NCBI GenBank assembly: GCA_964348195.1
Contig: CAYGBX010000002.1
Location: forward strand, 63,586-127,585
Reading direction: 5' to 3'
Source of the DNA: an uncultured Anaerolineales bacterium
GTDB taxonomy: Bacteria > Chloroflexota > Anaerolineae > UBA7937 > JACPPX01
Length of the DNA: 64,000 nucleotides
A program made the translations under genes and the position numbers. Below the pieces are notes generated by a model. The model was not told the DNA's origin. It saw nothing but the letters and a program-made list of their open reading frames with translations, and did not search any database. Below, piece after piece: positions 18,270 through 27,620 of this stretch (its first letter is position 1; every line of letters begins with the position of its first letter).

Positions 18270-19246
18270 AGGCGACGGCGATCGCTGGGGCCAACATTGC
18301 CCTGATCAAGTACTGGGGAAATCGCGACGATGCACTTCGCCTGCCGATGAACGGAAGCATCGCCCTTACGCTGGACCGTCTGACCACAACCACCACGGTG
18401 GCCTTCGACGGAGATCTGGAGCGGGACCTGATCCAACTGGACGCTGTTGAGCCCCACCACGAGGCGCATGCGCGTGTGGCCACACATCTGGATCGGATTC
18501 GGCGACTCGCGGGAGAGGAGCGATGGGGGCGGGTTGTCTCGCGAAGCAACTTCCCGAGCGGGGTAGGGTTGGCGGCCTCGGCCTCGGGGTTCGCTGCCCT
18601 GACACTGGCTGCCAGCTCGGCCCTGGGCCTGGAGCTGGAGGAGCGTGAGCTGACGAGCCTGGCCCGATTGGGATCGGGGTCGGCGGCGCGTTCGATGCTG
18701 GGCGGATTCGTGGAGTGGGTTGCGGGGAGCAGCCACGAGGACTCATATGCCTACCAACTGGCGCCTCCCGATCACTGGGCGTTGTGCGACTGTGTCGCTG
18801 TGGTGGGAGAAACACCCAAGCCCGTCGGTTCGGCCGATGGCCATCGACTAGCGGCTACGAGTCCCCTTCAGGTGGCGAGGGTGCGTCAGGTGGAGTTGGA
18901 CATCGAACCCATGCGCCAGGCAATCCGGGAGCGCGACCTGCCGCAGCTGGGATCGCTGATGGAACGGGACGCCCTGTCCATGCACGCCGTGATGATGACT
19001 TCCGACCCCAGTCTCTTCTACTGGACACCTGCCACCGTGGCGGTCATGACGGCCGTACGCAGATGGCGCATGGAGGGGCTTGGCGCCTGGTTCACCATCG
19101 ACGCTGGTCCCAATGTGCACGTCCTCGTTCCTGAGGAGGAGAGCGATGAGGCAGCGGCCCGACTGCGGGGCATCGAGGGAGTGCAACGGGTGATCCAAGC
19201 CCGCTCTGGACCGGGGGCACGGCTTTCCGATGAGCACCTGGTCTGA
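18266..19246 (+). CDS. Mevalonate (di)phosphate decarboxylase family; by context probably phosphomevalonate decarboxylase
   Basis: 'ANIALIKYWGNRD', 'GLAASASGFAAL', 'GSGSAARS'. The substrate assignment is inferred from the adjacent IPK and the absence of a phosphomevalonate kinase. Confidence 0.85.
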   Translation: MKATAIAGANIALIKYWGNRDDALRLPMNGSIALTLDRLTTTTTVAFDGDLERDLIQLDAVEPHHEAHARVATHLDRIRRLAGEERWGRVVSRSNFPSGVGLAASASGFAALTLAASSALGLELEERELTSLARLGSGSAARSMLGGFVEWVAGSSHEDSYAYQLAPPDHWALCDCVAVVGETPKPVGSADGHRLAATSPLQVARVRQVELDIEPMRQAIRERDLPQLGSLMERDALSMHAVMMTSDPSLFYWTPATVAVMTAVRRWRMEGLGAWFTIDAGPNVHVLVPEEESDEAAARLRGIEGVQRVIQARSGPGARLSDEHLV

Positions 19247-20075
19247 GACCGGCCCTCCTCGTCTCGCCTTCCTGAAGTTGGGAGGCTCCCTGATCACCCG
19301 GAAGGATCGCCAGGACATGCCTCGTCCCACTGTGCTCGCCCGGCTGGCCCGCGAGATCAGCGAGGCACGCAGACATAGCCCGGACGGAGCCCTGCTCGTG
19401 GGCCACGGAAGCGGCTCCTTTGGTCACTATCCTGCCCAGTTTCACGGGATCCATGACGGACTTGAGGGCAAGGGGGATTGGCGAGGGCTTGCTGAGACAT
19501 CTGCGGCGGCAGCCCGGCTGAACCGGCTCGTGTGCGATGCGCTGCTGGAGGCAGGGGTGCCCGTTCTGAGTCTGCAGCCATCGGCCTCGGCGCGCTGCCA
19601 CGACGGTCGGCTGGAATCGCTTTCCACGGAACCTATTCAGAGGGCTCTGAGCCATGGACTGGTGCCGCTTGTCTACGGTGATGTGGCCTTCGACGAGGTC
19701 CGCGGGACCACCATCGTCTCCACCGAGGCAGTCTTCGCGTATCTGGCTGGGATCCTAAGGCCCGAGTGGATTGTGTTGGCCAGTGATGTGGCGGGTGTGC
19801 TCCCTCAGGGCCCCGGGCACGATGCGACGGCGCGTCCTATCGAGCGGATCAGACCGGAGGACGTCCCGAATCTGGAGGGCATCCTATCTGATTCTGGGAG
19901 TGTGGATGTGACGGGTGGGATGCTGGCGAAAGTGCAAGTGATGGCCGATCTCGTGGCTCGCAGGCCAGAGATCCGGGTCCTCTTCGTCTCGGGGACCGAA
20001 GAGGGACAGGTCGCCAAAGCCCTGACGGTGCCCGGCCCGGGGCTGGGAACGCTGCTCGAGGCGGGACAGGAGTGA
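19230..20075 (+). CDS. Isopentenyl phosphate kinase (amino-acid kinase fold)
   Basis: 'FLKLGGSLIT', 'VGHGSGSFGH', 'YGDVAFD', 'VDVTGGM'. Overlaps the decarboxylase gene by 17 nt. Confidence 0.85.
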   Translation: MSTWSETGPPRLAFLKLGGSLITRKDRQDMPRPTVLARLAREISEARRHSPDGALLVGHGSGSFGHYPAQFHGIHDGLEGKGDWRGLAETSAAAARLNRLVCDALLEAGVPVLSLQPSASARCHDGRLESLSTEPIQRALSHGLVPLVYGDVAFDEVRGTTIVSTEAVFAYLAGILRPEWIVLASDVAGVLPQGPGHDATARPIERIRPEDVPNLEGILSDSGSVDVTGGMLAKVQVMADLVARRPEIRVLFVSGTEEGQVAKALTVPGPGLGTLLEAGQE

Positions 20076-20081
20076 GGCCGG

Positions 20082-21206
20082 GTGGGTGGCCCCGAGGAGG
20101 CCGGACGCGAAGCCCCGAGCCAGCCGGAGTTGATCGGGATCGATGGCGGTCGAGGAGAGGGGGGCGGGCAGATTCTGCGGACCGCCCTGACACTCTCCGC
20201 CTTGACGGGAAAGGGATTTCTGATAGAGAACATCCGCGCCGGACGCAAGCGGCCGGGACTGGCTGCGCAGCACCTCACCTCCGTTCGGGCCGTGGCACGG
20301 GTCTGCCGGGCTCGCCTGGAGGGTGCAGCTTTGGGTTCGGTGAGCCTTCGCTTCCAGCCTCAAAGTGGACCGCGCCCGGGAAACTACCGATGGGATGTGG
20401 GCGAGGCTCGAAAGGGAGGGAGCGCTGGTGCGACGACGTTGGTGTTGCAGGCCGTCCTTCCCGTCCTGGCGAAGGCCCGGGGCCCATCCACGGTCCAGCT
20501 GAGGGGTGGGACCCACGTCGCTTGGAGCCCTCCCTTCCATCACACAGCGGGGGTCTATCTTCCCACACTGAAACGAGCCGGACTTGTGGCAACCATCGAG
20601 CTCGTCCGCTGGGGATGGTACCCGGTGGGAAGGGGCGAGATTCGAATGGAGATCGCTGGAGGGGGCGAACTCCGTGGGCTGGATCTTTCAAAGCGAGCGG
20701 ACCTCATTGAGCTCCGAGTGCTCTCCGCAGCCTGCAATCTGCCGGCGGCGGTAGCCCGACGGCAGGCCGAGCGGGCCCATGCGCGGCTGGCCGAGGCGGG
20801 CTTCGATGCGGAGACGGAGGTGGTGGAGGCCTCGGGGGTAGGGCGGGGCAGTTTCGTCGAAGTGCTGGCCCGCTATGAGGGAAGCGCCGCCGCGTTCAGC
20901 GCGCTCGGAAGGAGAGGCAAGCCGGCCGAGCAGGTGGGGGAAGAGGCGGCTGATGGCTTTCTGTCCTTTCATGGGAGCGGAGCGACAGTGGATCAGCATC
21001 TGGCCGATCAACTGGTGGTGCCCCTAGCGTTGGCATCTGGGCCGTCACACCTCGCCACGGAACGGATCACCCCGCACCTCCTGACCAATGCCTGGGTAAC
21101 TCAGAGGTTTCTGGAGCGGCGTCTTGTCATCGAGGGCGAGCAGGGCCGTCCCGGCAGGGTGAGCATCCTGCCCGTGTCCAGCGAGGAGGGAGCAACAGGT
21201 GTTTGA
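20082..21206 (+). CDS. rtcA: RNA 3'-terminal phosphate cyclase
   Basis: 'IDGGRGEGGGQILRTALTLSALTGKGFLIENIRAGRKRPGLAAQHL' is near-collinear with E. coli RtcA. 'DQHLADQLVVPLALA'. Confidence 0.92.
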   Translation: MGGPEEAGREAPSQPELIGIDGGRGEGGGQILRTALTLSALTGKGFLIENIRAGRKRPGLAAQHLTSVRAVARVCRARLEGAALGSVSLRFQPQSGPRPGNYRWDVGEARKGGSAGATTLVLQAVLPVLAKARGPSTVQLRGGTHVAWSPPFHHTAGVYLPTLKRAGLVATIELVRWGWYPVGRGEIRMEIAGGGELRGLDLSKRADLIELRVLSAACNLPAAVARRQAERAHARLAEAGFDAETEVVEASGVGRGSFVEVLARYEGSAAAFSALGRRGKPAEQVGEEAADGFLSFHGSGATVDQHLADQLVVPLALASGPSHLATERITPHLLTNAWVTQRFLERRLVIEGEQGRPGRVSILPVSSEEGATGV

Positions 21207-22119
21207 GGTGGTGTTCCTGGGCACCTCTGCGTCTGCACCCTCCATCGCTCGTAACCTGACCGCGACGGTGGTGCTTCACCGGAGCTACCGCTTCCTGATC
21301 GACTGCGGCGAAGGGACCCAGCGCCAGCTCCTCAAGAGCGGTCTGGGGTTCAAGCGGCTGCGCAGAGTCCTCCTCACCCACGGACACCTCGATCACATCC
21401 TTGGCCTAGGCGGGCTGGTGTCGACATTCGCTCGCTGGGAGGCGACGGATCGGCTCGAGATCTACGGGGGCGCCTGGGGCCTGGAAAGGGTACGAGACCT
21501 GATTGAGGGGGTGGTCCTGCGAGGGGCGCGTTCGTCATTGGAGATCTCCTACATCGAGCTGAAGCGAGGGGTGATTCTGGAAGACGACCGATTCCAGCTG
21601 TCGGCGTTCCCAGTCCAACACCGAGGCCCGGACTCCTTCGGGTTCACCTTGCAGGAGAAGACGCGTCGACCATTCCTCGAAGAGCGCGCGGAAGCATTGG
21701 GCGTTCCGGCGGGACCGGAGCGGCGGAGCCTCGTCCGCGGGGAGGCCATCACTTTGTCCTCGGGGAAGGAGGTGGGGCCGGAAGACGTTCTCGGACCCCC
21801 GGTCGCTGGTACCAAGCTGGTCTACATCGGCGACGTGAGTCGGCTGGACGATCTGGCGGATGAGGTCGAGGGGGCGGATGCCCTGGTGGTGGAGGGAACC
21901 TACCTCAAGGAGGAGCGGGACCTCGCCAAGCGCTACGGCCACATCACGGTGGAGGAGGCCGCCCAGCTGGCGCGAAAGGCGGGCGTAGGGAGCCTCTACT
22001 TGAATCATATCTCCCGTCGTTACTCTCCTCAGCAGATCCTGGAGGAGGTTGTGCCGATCTTTCCCCATGCGTCCGTTGTGAAGGACCTAGACCGAATCCA
22101 AGTGCGCCGATCCCGATGA
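21199..22119 (+). CDS. rnz: Ribonuclease Z (metallo-beta-lactamase fold tRNA 3' endonuclease)
   Basis: 'FLGTSASAPS', 'LIDCGEGTQRQL', 'LLTHGHLDHILG'. Overlaps the rtcA end by 8 nt. Confidence 0.88.
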   Translation: MFEVVFLGTSASAPSIARNLTATVVLHRSYRFLIDCGEGTQRQLLKSGLGFKRLRRVLLTHGHLDHILGLGGLVSTFARWEATDRLEIYGGAWGLERVRDLIEGVVLRGARSSLEISYIELKRGVILEDDRFQLSAFPVQHRGPDSFGFTLQEKTRRPFLEERAEALGVPAGPERRSLVRGEAITLSSGKEVGPEDVLGPPVAGTKLVYIGDVSRLDDLADEVEGADALVVEGTYLKEERDLAKRYGHITVEEAAQLARKAGVGSLYLNHISRRYSPQQILEEVVPIFPHASVVKDLDRIQVRRSR

Positions 22120-22220
22120 TCCGATCGCCTCGCGTGGTAGGAACTATGGCTAGCGACGCGGTTGTTGGTCCGTGCGCCCCGCCATCGATTGAGCCTGCCC
22201 TGCCTCTGACAGGGCGTTCG

Positions 22221-22249
22221 TTGTGCCTCCGCTGCGAGGCTGGTATAAT
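22221..22249 (+). promoter_or_regulatory. Candidate sigma-70 type promoter TTGTGC-17-TATAAT (with TGg extension) upstream of gatC
   Basis: Hexamers at 22221-26 and 22244-49, in the 173-nt spacer before gatC. Confidence 0.5.
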
Positions 22250-22292
22250 GCTCCACCGCTTTGATCTTGCTCTCTGAGGTCGCCACGCGACT

Positions 22293-22580
22293 GTGAAGAT
22301 CGACCCAGCTCAGGTGGAGCAGATCGCCGAGCTGGCGAAGCTCTACCTCACCGCGGAAGAGGTCACGCGGTTCTCCCGAGAACTTTCCTCCATCCTGGAC
22401 CACTTTGCGGCTCTCCAGGGTCTGGATACAGAGGAAGTGACCCCGACCGCCTACCCAGTTCCTCTGGCGAACGTCACCCGGCCGGACGAGGCCGGTGCCT
22501 CCCTCCCTCGCTCGGAAGTGCTGGCCATAGCCCCCCGCCAGGAAGACGGGTTTATCGTCGTTCCCCCCATCCTGGGGTAG
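22293..22580 (+). CDS. gatC: Asp/Glu-tRNA amidotransferase subunit C
   Basis: 'VEQIAELAKLYLTAEEV..F...L..IL..F..L..LDT..V.PT' GatC pattern. GTG start. Confidence 0.9.
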   Translation: MKIDPAQVEQIAELAKLYLTAEEVTRFSRELSSILDHFAALQGLDTEEVTPTAYPVPLANVTRPDEAGASLPRSEVLAIAPRQEDGFIVVPPILG

Positions 22581-22590
22581 GACCTCAGCG

Positions 22591-23694
22591 GTGAGGGTTG
22601 CCTGGTTCGGTCATCGGGTCCGGGAGCGCGGAAACGGTCTCATCAGCTACTCGAAGGAGATCACGCAAGCACTCAAGACCCGGGGCGCGGAGATCACCTT
22701 CTTCTACCACGGGGACGAGTCCGAGGAGGATGGCGATCCTGCAAGCATCCGTCTGGGTTCTTTCCGGGTCCTCAGCCACGACCTAATCACCGCCCCAGGC
22801 GCAGGACGGCGCATTGAGGAGACCCTCAGAGAGCGTCGATCAGACATCGCGCACGTCTCCCTTTCCTTCTCTCTGATCGATATCCGCCTGCCAGAACTCT
22901 GTCATCGAGTGGGAGTCCCGTTGGTGGGAACGGTCCATTTCCCATACGACGAGCGGCTGACCCTCTGGAGCGGTGGGGCCCGGATCCTGTATCGCCTGTG
23001 GTCGCGTCCGCTGGCTCGCTTCGACGGGTTGATCGTGTTCTCCTCCGCCCAGAAGGAGCTCCTGGCGGAATACGGCGTCCCTGGGGAGAGGATCCATGTC
23101 ATCCCCAACGGTGTGGACACAGATCTCTTCCGGCCCGGTGGCTCGGAGTATAGGGCCCGTCACAACGCCAGCCTGCTCATCGCCTACCACGGCAGGCTCG
23201 ATCCCGAGAAGAATGTGGATACTCTGGCCGAGAGCTTTCGCCAACTGAGGCTCCCTTCCGACCACCGGCTGGTGCTCGTGGGCGACGGACTAGCGCGAGA
23301 CCAACTGATGGAGCGCTACCGTGGAGATGACGTGATCTTCGAGGGGTTGGTCACTGACAAGTCTCAACTCGTTGAGATGCTGCGCGGGTGTGACATCTGG
23401 GTGCTGCCCTCCGAGGTGGAGGGGCTGTCTCTCGCAATGCTGGAGGCGATGTCCTGCGGGCTCGCCACTGTGGCGACGGACGTGGGGAGCGACGCGGAGG
23501 CCCTCTCGGGCGCGGGCATCGTAGTGGAGAGGCGGTATCTCAAGGAGCAGCTGCCTGTCGCCTTGAGACTGCTGGTGGAGTACCCGGAACTGCGCCGGGA
23601 AATGGGTCAGCGAGCCCGACAGCGCGTCCTGGACCGGTATTCGCTCGAGCGGCATATCGACCGGCTGCTGGAGGTCTACGAAAGCCTTGTCTGA
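22591..23694 (+). CDS. Glycosyltransferase family 4 (GT-B, RfaB-like)
   Basis: 'LVGDGL', '[28 protein letters not shown]' (E-x7-E region). The stop overlaps the gatA start. Confidence 0.85.
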   Translation: MRVAWFGHRVRERGNGLISYSKEITQALKTRGAEITFFYHGDESEEDGDPASIRLGSFRVLSHDLITAPGAGRRIEETLRERRSDIAHVSLSFSLIDIRLPELCHRVGVPLVGTVHFPYDERLTLWSGGARILYRLWSRPLARFDGLIVFSSAQKELLAEYGVPGERIHVIPNGVDTDLFRPGGSEYRARHNASLLIAYHGRLDPEKNVDTLAESFRQLRLPSDHRLVLVGDGLARDQLMERYRGDDVIFEGLVTDKSQLVEMLRGCDIWVLPSEVEGLSLAMLEAMSCGLATVATDVGSDAEALSGAGIVVERRYLKEQLPVALRLLVEYPELRREMGQRARQRVLDRYSLERHIDRLLEVYESLV

Positions 23695-25162
23695 GCCCTT
23701 GTACCGTCTCACCGTGAGCGAGGCCAGTGAGCTCCTGGCAAACAGGGAGATCACCTCGGTGGAACTGACTCGCGCCGTTCTCGATCGGATCTCGGCCGTC
23801 GAGGAAGATGTGAAAGCGTACCTCCTGGTGGCCCCGGAGGAGGCCCTGAACCAGGCCCGGGCTGCCGACGAGAGATTGGAGAGGGCGGGCAAACGAGGAG
23901 ATCCGATCCCTCCCCTTCTTGGGATCCCCGGTGCCATCAAGGACGCGATCTGCACCAAGGGGATGGAGACCACCTGCGGCTCTCGGATCCTTGAGGGGTA
24001 TGTGCCTCCCTACGACGCCACTGCTGTCGCCCGGCTGAGGGAAGCAGGGGCGGTGGTGCTGGGCAAGGCCAACACCGACGAGTTTGCCATGGGCTCCTCC
24101 ACGGAACACTCGGGTTTCTACCCGACGCGGAATCCGTGGGACCTCTCTCGCGTTCCGGGAGGATCGAGCGGGGGGCCGGCGGCCGCCGTGGCCGCAGGAG
24201 AAGCCCTGTTCGCGCTGGGAACTGACACCGGGGGGAGCGTCCGACAGCCGGCCGCGCTCTGCGGGGTGGTGGGGCTACGACCGACCTACGGACGGGTCTC
24301 GCGGTACGGACTCGTGGCCTTTGCCTCCTCGCTGGACCAGATTGGCCCGCTCGCGCGCAGCGTGGCGGACTGCGCGTTGGTGCTTGGGGTCATCGCTGGC
24401 CACGATCCCGAGGACGGCACTTCTCTCGATGTGGAACCCCCTCGGTACGCGCCCTCCCTCGATCCATCGCTGAAGGGGGTGCGGCTGGGGATTTCCGAAG
24501 AGTACTTCCAGGAAGGCATCGAGCCAGCGGTGGAGGACGCGGTGCGGGCAGCTATCCGGGTCTTGGAGCAGCTCGGTGCCGAGCTGGTGGATGTCTCACT
24601 GCCCCACACCAAGTATGCCCTTCCCTGCTACTATCTCATCGCCCCAGCTGAGGCCTCGGCCAACTTGGCCCGGTACGACGGGGTGCGATACGGTCGGTCC
24701 ACCCCTGGCGCCGGAGACGCCTGGGAGCTGTTCCGGAAGACTCGAGGCGGAGGATTCGGCGCCGAGGTGAAGCGGCGGATCATGCTGGGAACCTATGCCC
24801 TGTCTGCTGGGTACTACGATGCCTTCTATCTCAAGGCGCAGAAGGTGAGAACACTGATCCAGACTGAGATGGAGGACGCCTTCGAACGCTGCGACGTTAT
24901 CCTCGGGCCCACGTCGCCCACTGTGGCCTTTCCTCAGGGAGAGCGTACTGACGATCCGCTCCAGATGTACCTGGCCGACCTCTACACTCTCTCTCAGGCT
25001 CTGGCTGGGATACCCAGCATCTCAATTCCCTGTGGTTTCTCGGAGGGGCTGCCGGTCGGCCTTCAGATCATGGGTCCGGCGCTGGCGGAGGACGTGGTGT
25101 TGCGGGTCGCTCACGCGTACGAGCAGGCCACGCCATGGCACGAGAGGGTCCCTCCCCTGTGA
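23687..25162 (+). CDS. gatA: Asp/Glu-tRNA amidotransferase subunit A (amidase signature family)
   Basis: '[21 protein letters not shown]', '[14 protein letters not shown]', '[31 protein letters not shown]'. Confidence 0.95.
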   Translation: MSEPLYRLTVSEASELLANREITSVELTRAVLDRISAVEEDVKAYLLVAPEEALNQARAADERLERAGKRGDPIPPLLGIPGAIKDAICTKGMETTCGSRILEGYVPPYDATAVARLREAGAVVLGKANTDEFAMGSSTEHSGFYPTRNPWDLSRVPGGSSGGPAAAVAAGEALFALGTDTGGSVRQPAALCGVVGLRPTYGRVSRYGLVAFASSLDQIGPLARSVADCALVLGVIAGHDPEDGTSLDVEPPRYAPSLDPSLKGVRLGISEEYFQEGIEPAVEDAVRAAIRVLEQLGAELVDVSLPHTKYALPCYYLIAPAEASANLARYDGVRYGRSTPGAGDAWELFRKTRGGGFGAEVKRRIMLGTYALSAGYYDAFYLKAQKVRTLIQTEMEDAFERCDVILGPTSPTVAFPQGERTDDPLQMYLADLYTLSQALAGIPSISIPCGFSEGLPVGLQIMGPALAEDVVLRVAHAYEQATPWHERVPPL

Positions 25163-25202
25163 GGGTGGAGCGCGCGACGGACGGCACCCGGAGGACCGGG
25201 CA

Positions 25203-26183
25203 ATGAAGGTGATCTTACCTATGGCGGGCCTAGGCACCCGACTGCGGCCCCACACCCATTCTCGTCCCAAGCCTCTTCTGAACGTGGCCGGCCAACCTGT
25301 GCTGGGTCACATCCTGGACCGGCTCTCGTCTCTGGAGGTGGATGAGTACATCTTCGTTGTCGGCTATCTGGGAGAGCAGATCGAGGCCTATGTCACCCAG
25401 AACCACTCTTTCCCGACCCAGTTCGTGGTGCAGGAGGAGCCCCGAGGTCAGGCCCACGCTGTCCACCTGGCCCGACACCTGATCGATCGGCCGGTCCTGA
25501 TCGTCTTCGTCGACACCATCTTCGAGGCAGATCTCAGGGGTCTGGCGGACTGCAGTGCAGACGGCGTCGTGTTCGTCAAGGAGGTCGAGGACCCCAGCAG
25601 GTTCGGGATCGCTCTGTTGGACGGCGGGCGGGTTGTCCGGTTCATCGAGAAGCCCGAGGAGGCGGTCTCCAACCTGGCTCTGATCGGTATGTACTACGTC
25701 CGCAACTCGTCATTGCTTGTCCAGTGCGTGGAGGAGCTGATCCAGCGAGAGATCCGGACCAAGGACGAATACTTTCTGGCCGACGCTTTCCAGCTCATGG
25801 TTGAAAAGGGCGCGGATCTCCAGCCTGCGCCTGTTGGGGTCTGGCAGGACTGCGGCAGGCCTGAGACATTGCTGGAGACACAGAGATACCTTCTGGAAAA
25901 AGAGGCTGGGCCCACTGTGGAGGGAGAGGACTCCGTGATCATCCCTCCAGTCCATCTTGCCCCCTCGGTGCGGGTGCTCCGGTCTATTGTGGGTCCCTAC
26001 GTCTCCGCAGCCGATGGGAGCGTGATCGAGGATTCGATTGTGAGGGACGCGATCATCAACGAAGGCGTGGAGATCCGAAACGTGTCTCTGGAGCGGTCGC
26101 TGGTGGGCTCCCATGCCGCGCTCATGGGGGTCATCCGCCAAGTGAACGTTGGGGACTTTTCGCAGGTGGAGTTCGGCCAGTGA
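25203..26183 (+). CDS. Sugar-phosphate nucleotidyltransferase with a C-terminal left-handed beta-helix
   Basis: 'MKVILPMAGLGTRLRPHTHSRPKPLLNVAG' G-rich NTP-binding loop and hexapeptide-like repeats near the C-terminus. The track ORF from 25032 is over-extended into gatA. Confidence 0.85.
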   Translation: MKVILPMAGLGTRLRPHTHSRPKPLLNVAGQPVLGHILDRLSSLEVDEYIFVVGYLGEQIEAYVTQNHSFPTQFVVQEEPRGQAHAVHLARHLIDRPVLIVFVDTIFEADLRGLADCSADGVVFVKEVEDPSRFGIALLDGGRVVRFIEKPEEAVSNLALIGMYYVRNSSLLVQCVEELIQREIRTKDEYFLADAFQLMVEKGADLQPAPVGVWQDCGRPETLLETQRYLLEKEAGPTVEGEDSVIIPPVHLAPSVRVLRSIVGPYVSAADGSVIEDSIVRDAIINEGVEIRNVSLERSLVGSHAALMGVIRQVNVGDFSQVEFGQ

Positions 26184-26413
26184 CCGAGAGCCATCCGGTG
26201 CAGGTGATCGCATACTCCGGCCGGAGGCAGGCAGAGCGGCCGCTCTCCTTCGTGTGGCAGGATGACGTCCACACGGTGGACCGCCTGGAGCGCGAGTGGC
26301 TGGGTCCCAGGGGTCCTCACTTTGTGGTGAGATCAAGCGATGGCTCTCGGTTCCATCTTGCCTACCGCGAGGCCCAAGATCGCTGGGTCCTCATCCATCC
26401 GGAGGATGGGTAG
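26180..26413 (+). CDS. Hypothetical 77-aa protein
   Basis: The GTGA overlap with the upstream gene and overlap with the next gene's start suggest translation. No family recognised. Confidence 0.45.
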   Translation: MTESHPVQVIAYSGRRQAERPLSFVWQDDVHTVDRLEREWLGPRGPHFVVRSSDGSRFHLAYREAQDRWVLIHPEDG

Positions 26414-27617
26414 GGTGGAGCGGGTCAGGCGGGCCAACAAGAGCAGGACGCCTGCTGGCCGGGGCCGGATCGCGAGCCGAGCTGTGCGGATTCCGCCATC
26501 TGGGATTCGGAAGTTCTTCGACATCATTGCCGAAATGGAGGATGTGATCTCCCTCGGGGTTGGCGAGCCCGATTTCGTCACTCCAGAACCGATCCGCAGG
26601 GCGGGGTCGGCGTCGCTAGAGCGGGGAGAGACCGCCTATACGTCAAACTCAGGCATGCTGGCCCTTCGCGAGGCGGTGGCCGACCACCTGGAGAGACTGT
26701 ATGGGGTTCGGTACGATCCCAAGTCCGAGATCCTCATCACGGTGGGGGTTTCGGAGGCCCTCCATCTGGCTCTCCTGGCCACCGTCGATCCTGGGGACGA
26801 GGTGATCGTGCCGGAGCCTTGCTTCGTGTCCTACAAGCCGGGGGTGGTTGTGGCGGGAGGCGAGCCGGTGGTGGTGGAGACGCGGATGTCTGATGGCTTC
26901 CAAGTCCTGCCCGAAGCGGTGGAGGACGCGGTTTCGCCCCGGACCATCGGGCTCCTCATCGGGTACCCCAACAACCCCACCGGTGCCGTCATGTCCCGCT
27001 CTCTCATGGAGGGACTGGCACAGATCGCAGACCGGCACGACCTCTTGGTGTTCTCGGACGAAATATATGACCGGCTCGTGTACGGGACGGAACACATCTG
27101 TTTCGCTGCACTCCCTGGGATGCGGAATCGGACGGTGTTGCTCGGAGGATTCTCCAAGTCCTACGCCATGACAGGATGGCGGATCGGCTATGTGGCCTCC
27201 GCGGAGGAGATCATCGGCGCAGTTCTGAAACTGCACCAGTACGCGATCATGTGCGCGCCGACCACCGCACAGGTGGGAGCGCTGGAGGCGCTCAGGACTG
27301 GTGAGCCCCACGTCCAGGCCATGGTCGAGGAATACGATCGGCGTCGCCGGGTGATGGTCGCCGGACTGCAGGAATTGGGACTGCCTTGCCACGAGCCTCG
27401 GGGAGCCTTCTACGTCTTTCCCTCCATCTCCTCTACCGGCCTGTCGTCGGAGGAGTTCTCCGAGAGGCTCCTGTTCGACGAGCGGGTGGCTGTAGTGCCG
27501 GGAAACGCCTTCGGCGAATCCGGGGAAGGGTTTCTCAGGGTGGCCTACGCTGCTTCCCTGGACCAGATAGAGGAGGCCTTGGACCGGCTCGCAGGCTTCC
27601 TGAAGCGACAGGGCTAG
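26406..27617 (+). CDS. Class I/II PLP-dependent aminotransferase (aspartate/alanine aminotransferase-like)
   Basis: 'IPPSGIRKFFD', 'LGVGEPDF', 'GYPNNPTG', 'FSKSYAMTGWRIGY' (PLP lysine). The start is ATG 26406 or GTG 26415. Confidence 0.88.
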   Translation: MGRVERVRRANKSRTPAGRGRIASRAVRIPPSGIRKFFDIIAEMEDVISLGVGEPDFVTPEPIRRAGSASLERGETAYTSNSGMLALREAVADHLERLYGVRYDPKSEILITVGVSEALHLALLATVDPGDEVIVPEPCFVSYKPGVVVAGGEPVVVETRMSDGFQVLPEAVEDAVSPRTIGLLIGYPNNPTGAVMSRSLMEGLAQIADRHDLLVFSDEIYDRLVYGTEHICFAALPGMRNRTVLLGGFSKSYAMTGWRIGYVASAEEIIGAVLKLHQYAIMCAPTTAQVGALEALRTGEPHVQAMVEEYDRRRRVMVAGLQELGLPCHEPRGAFYVFPSISSTGLSSEEFSERLLFDERVAVVPGNAFGESGEGFLRVAYAASLDQIEEALDRLAGFLKRQG

Positions 27618-27620
27618 GAG

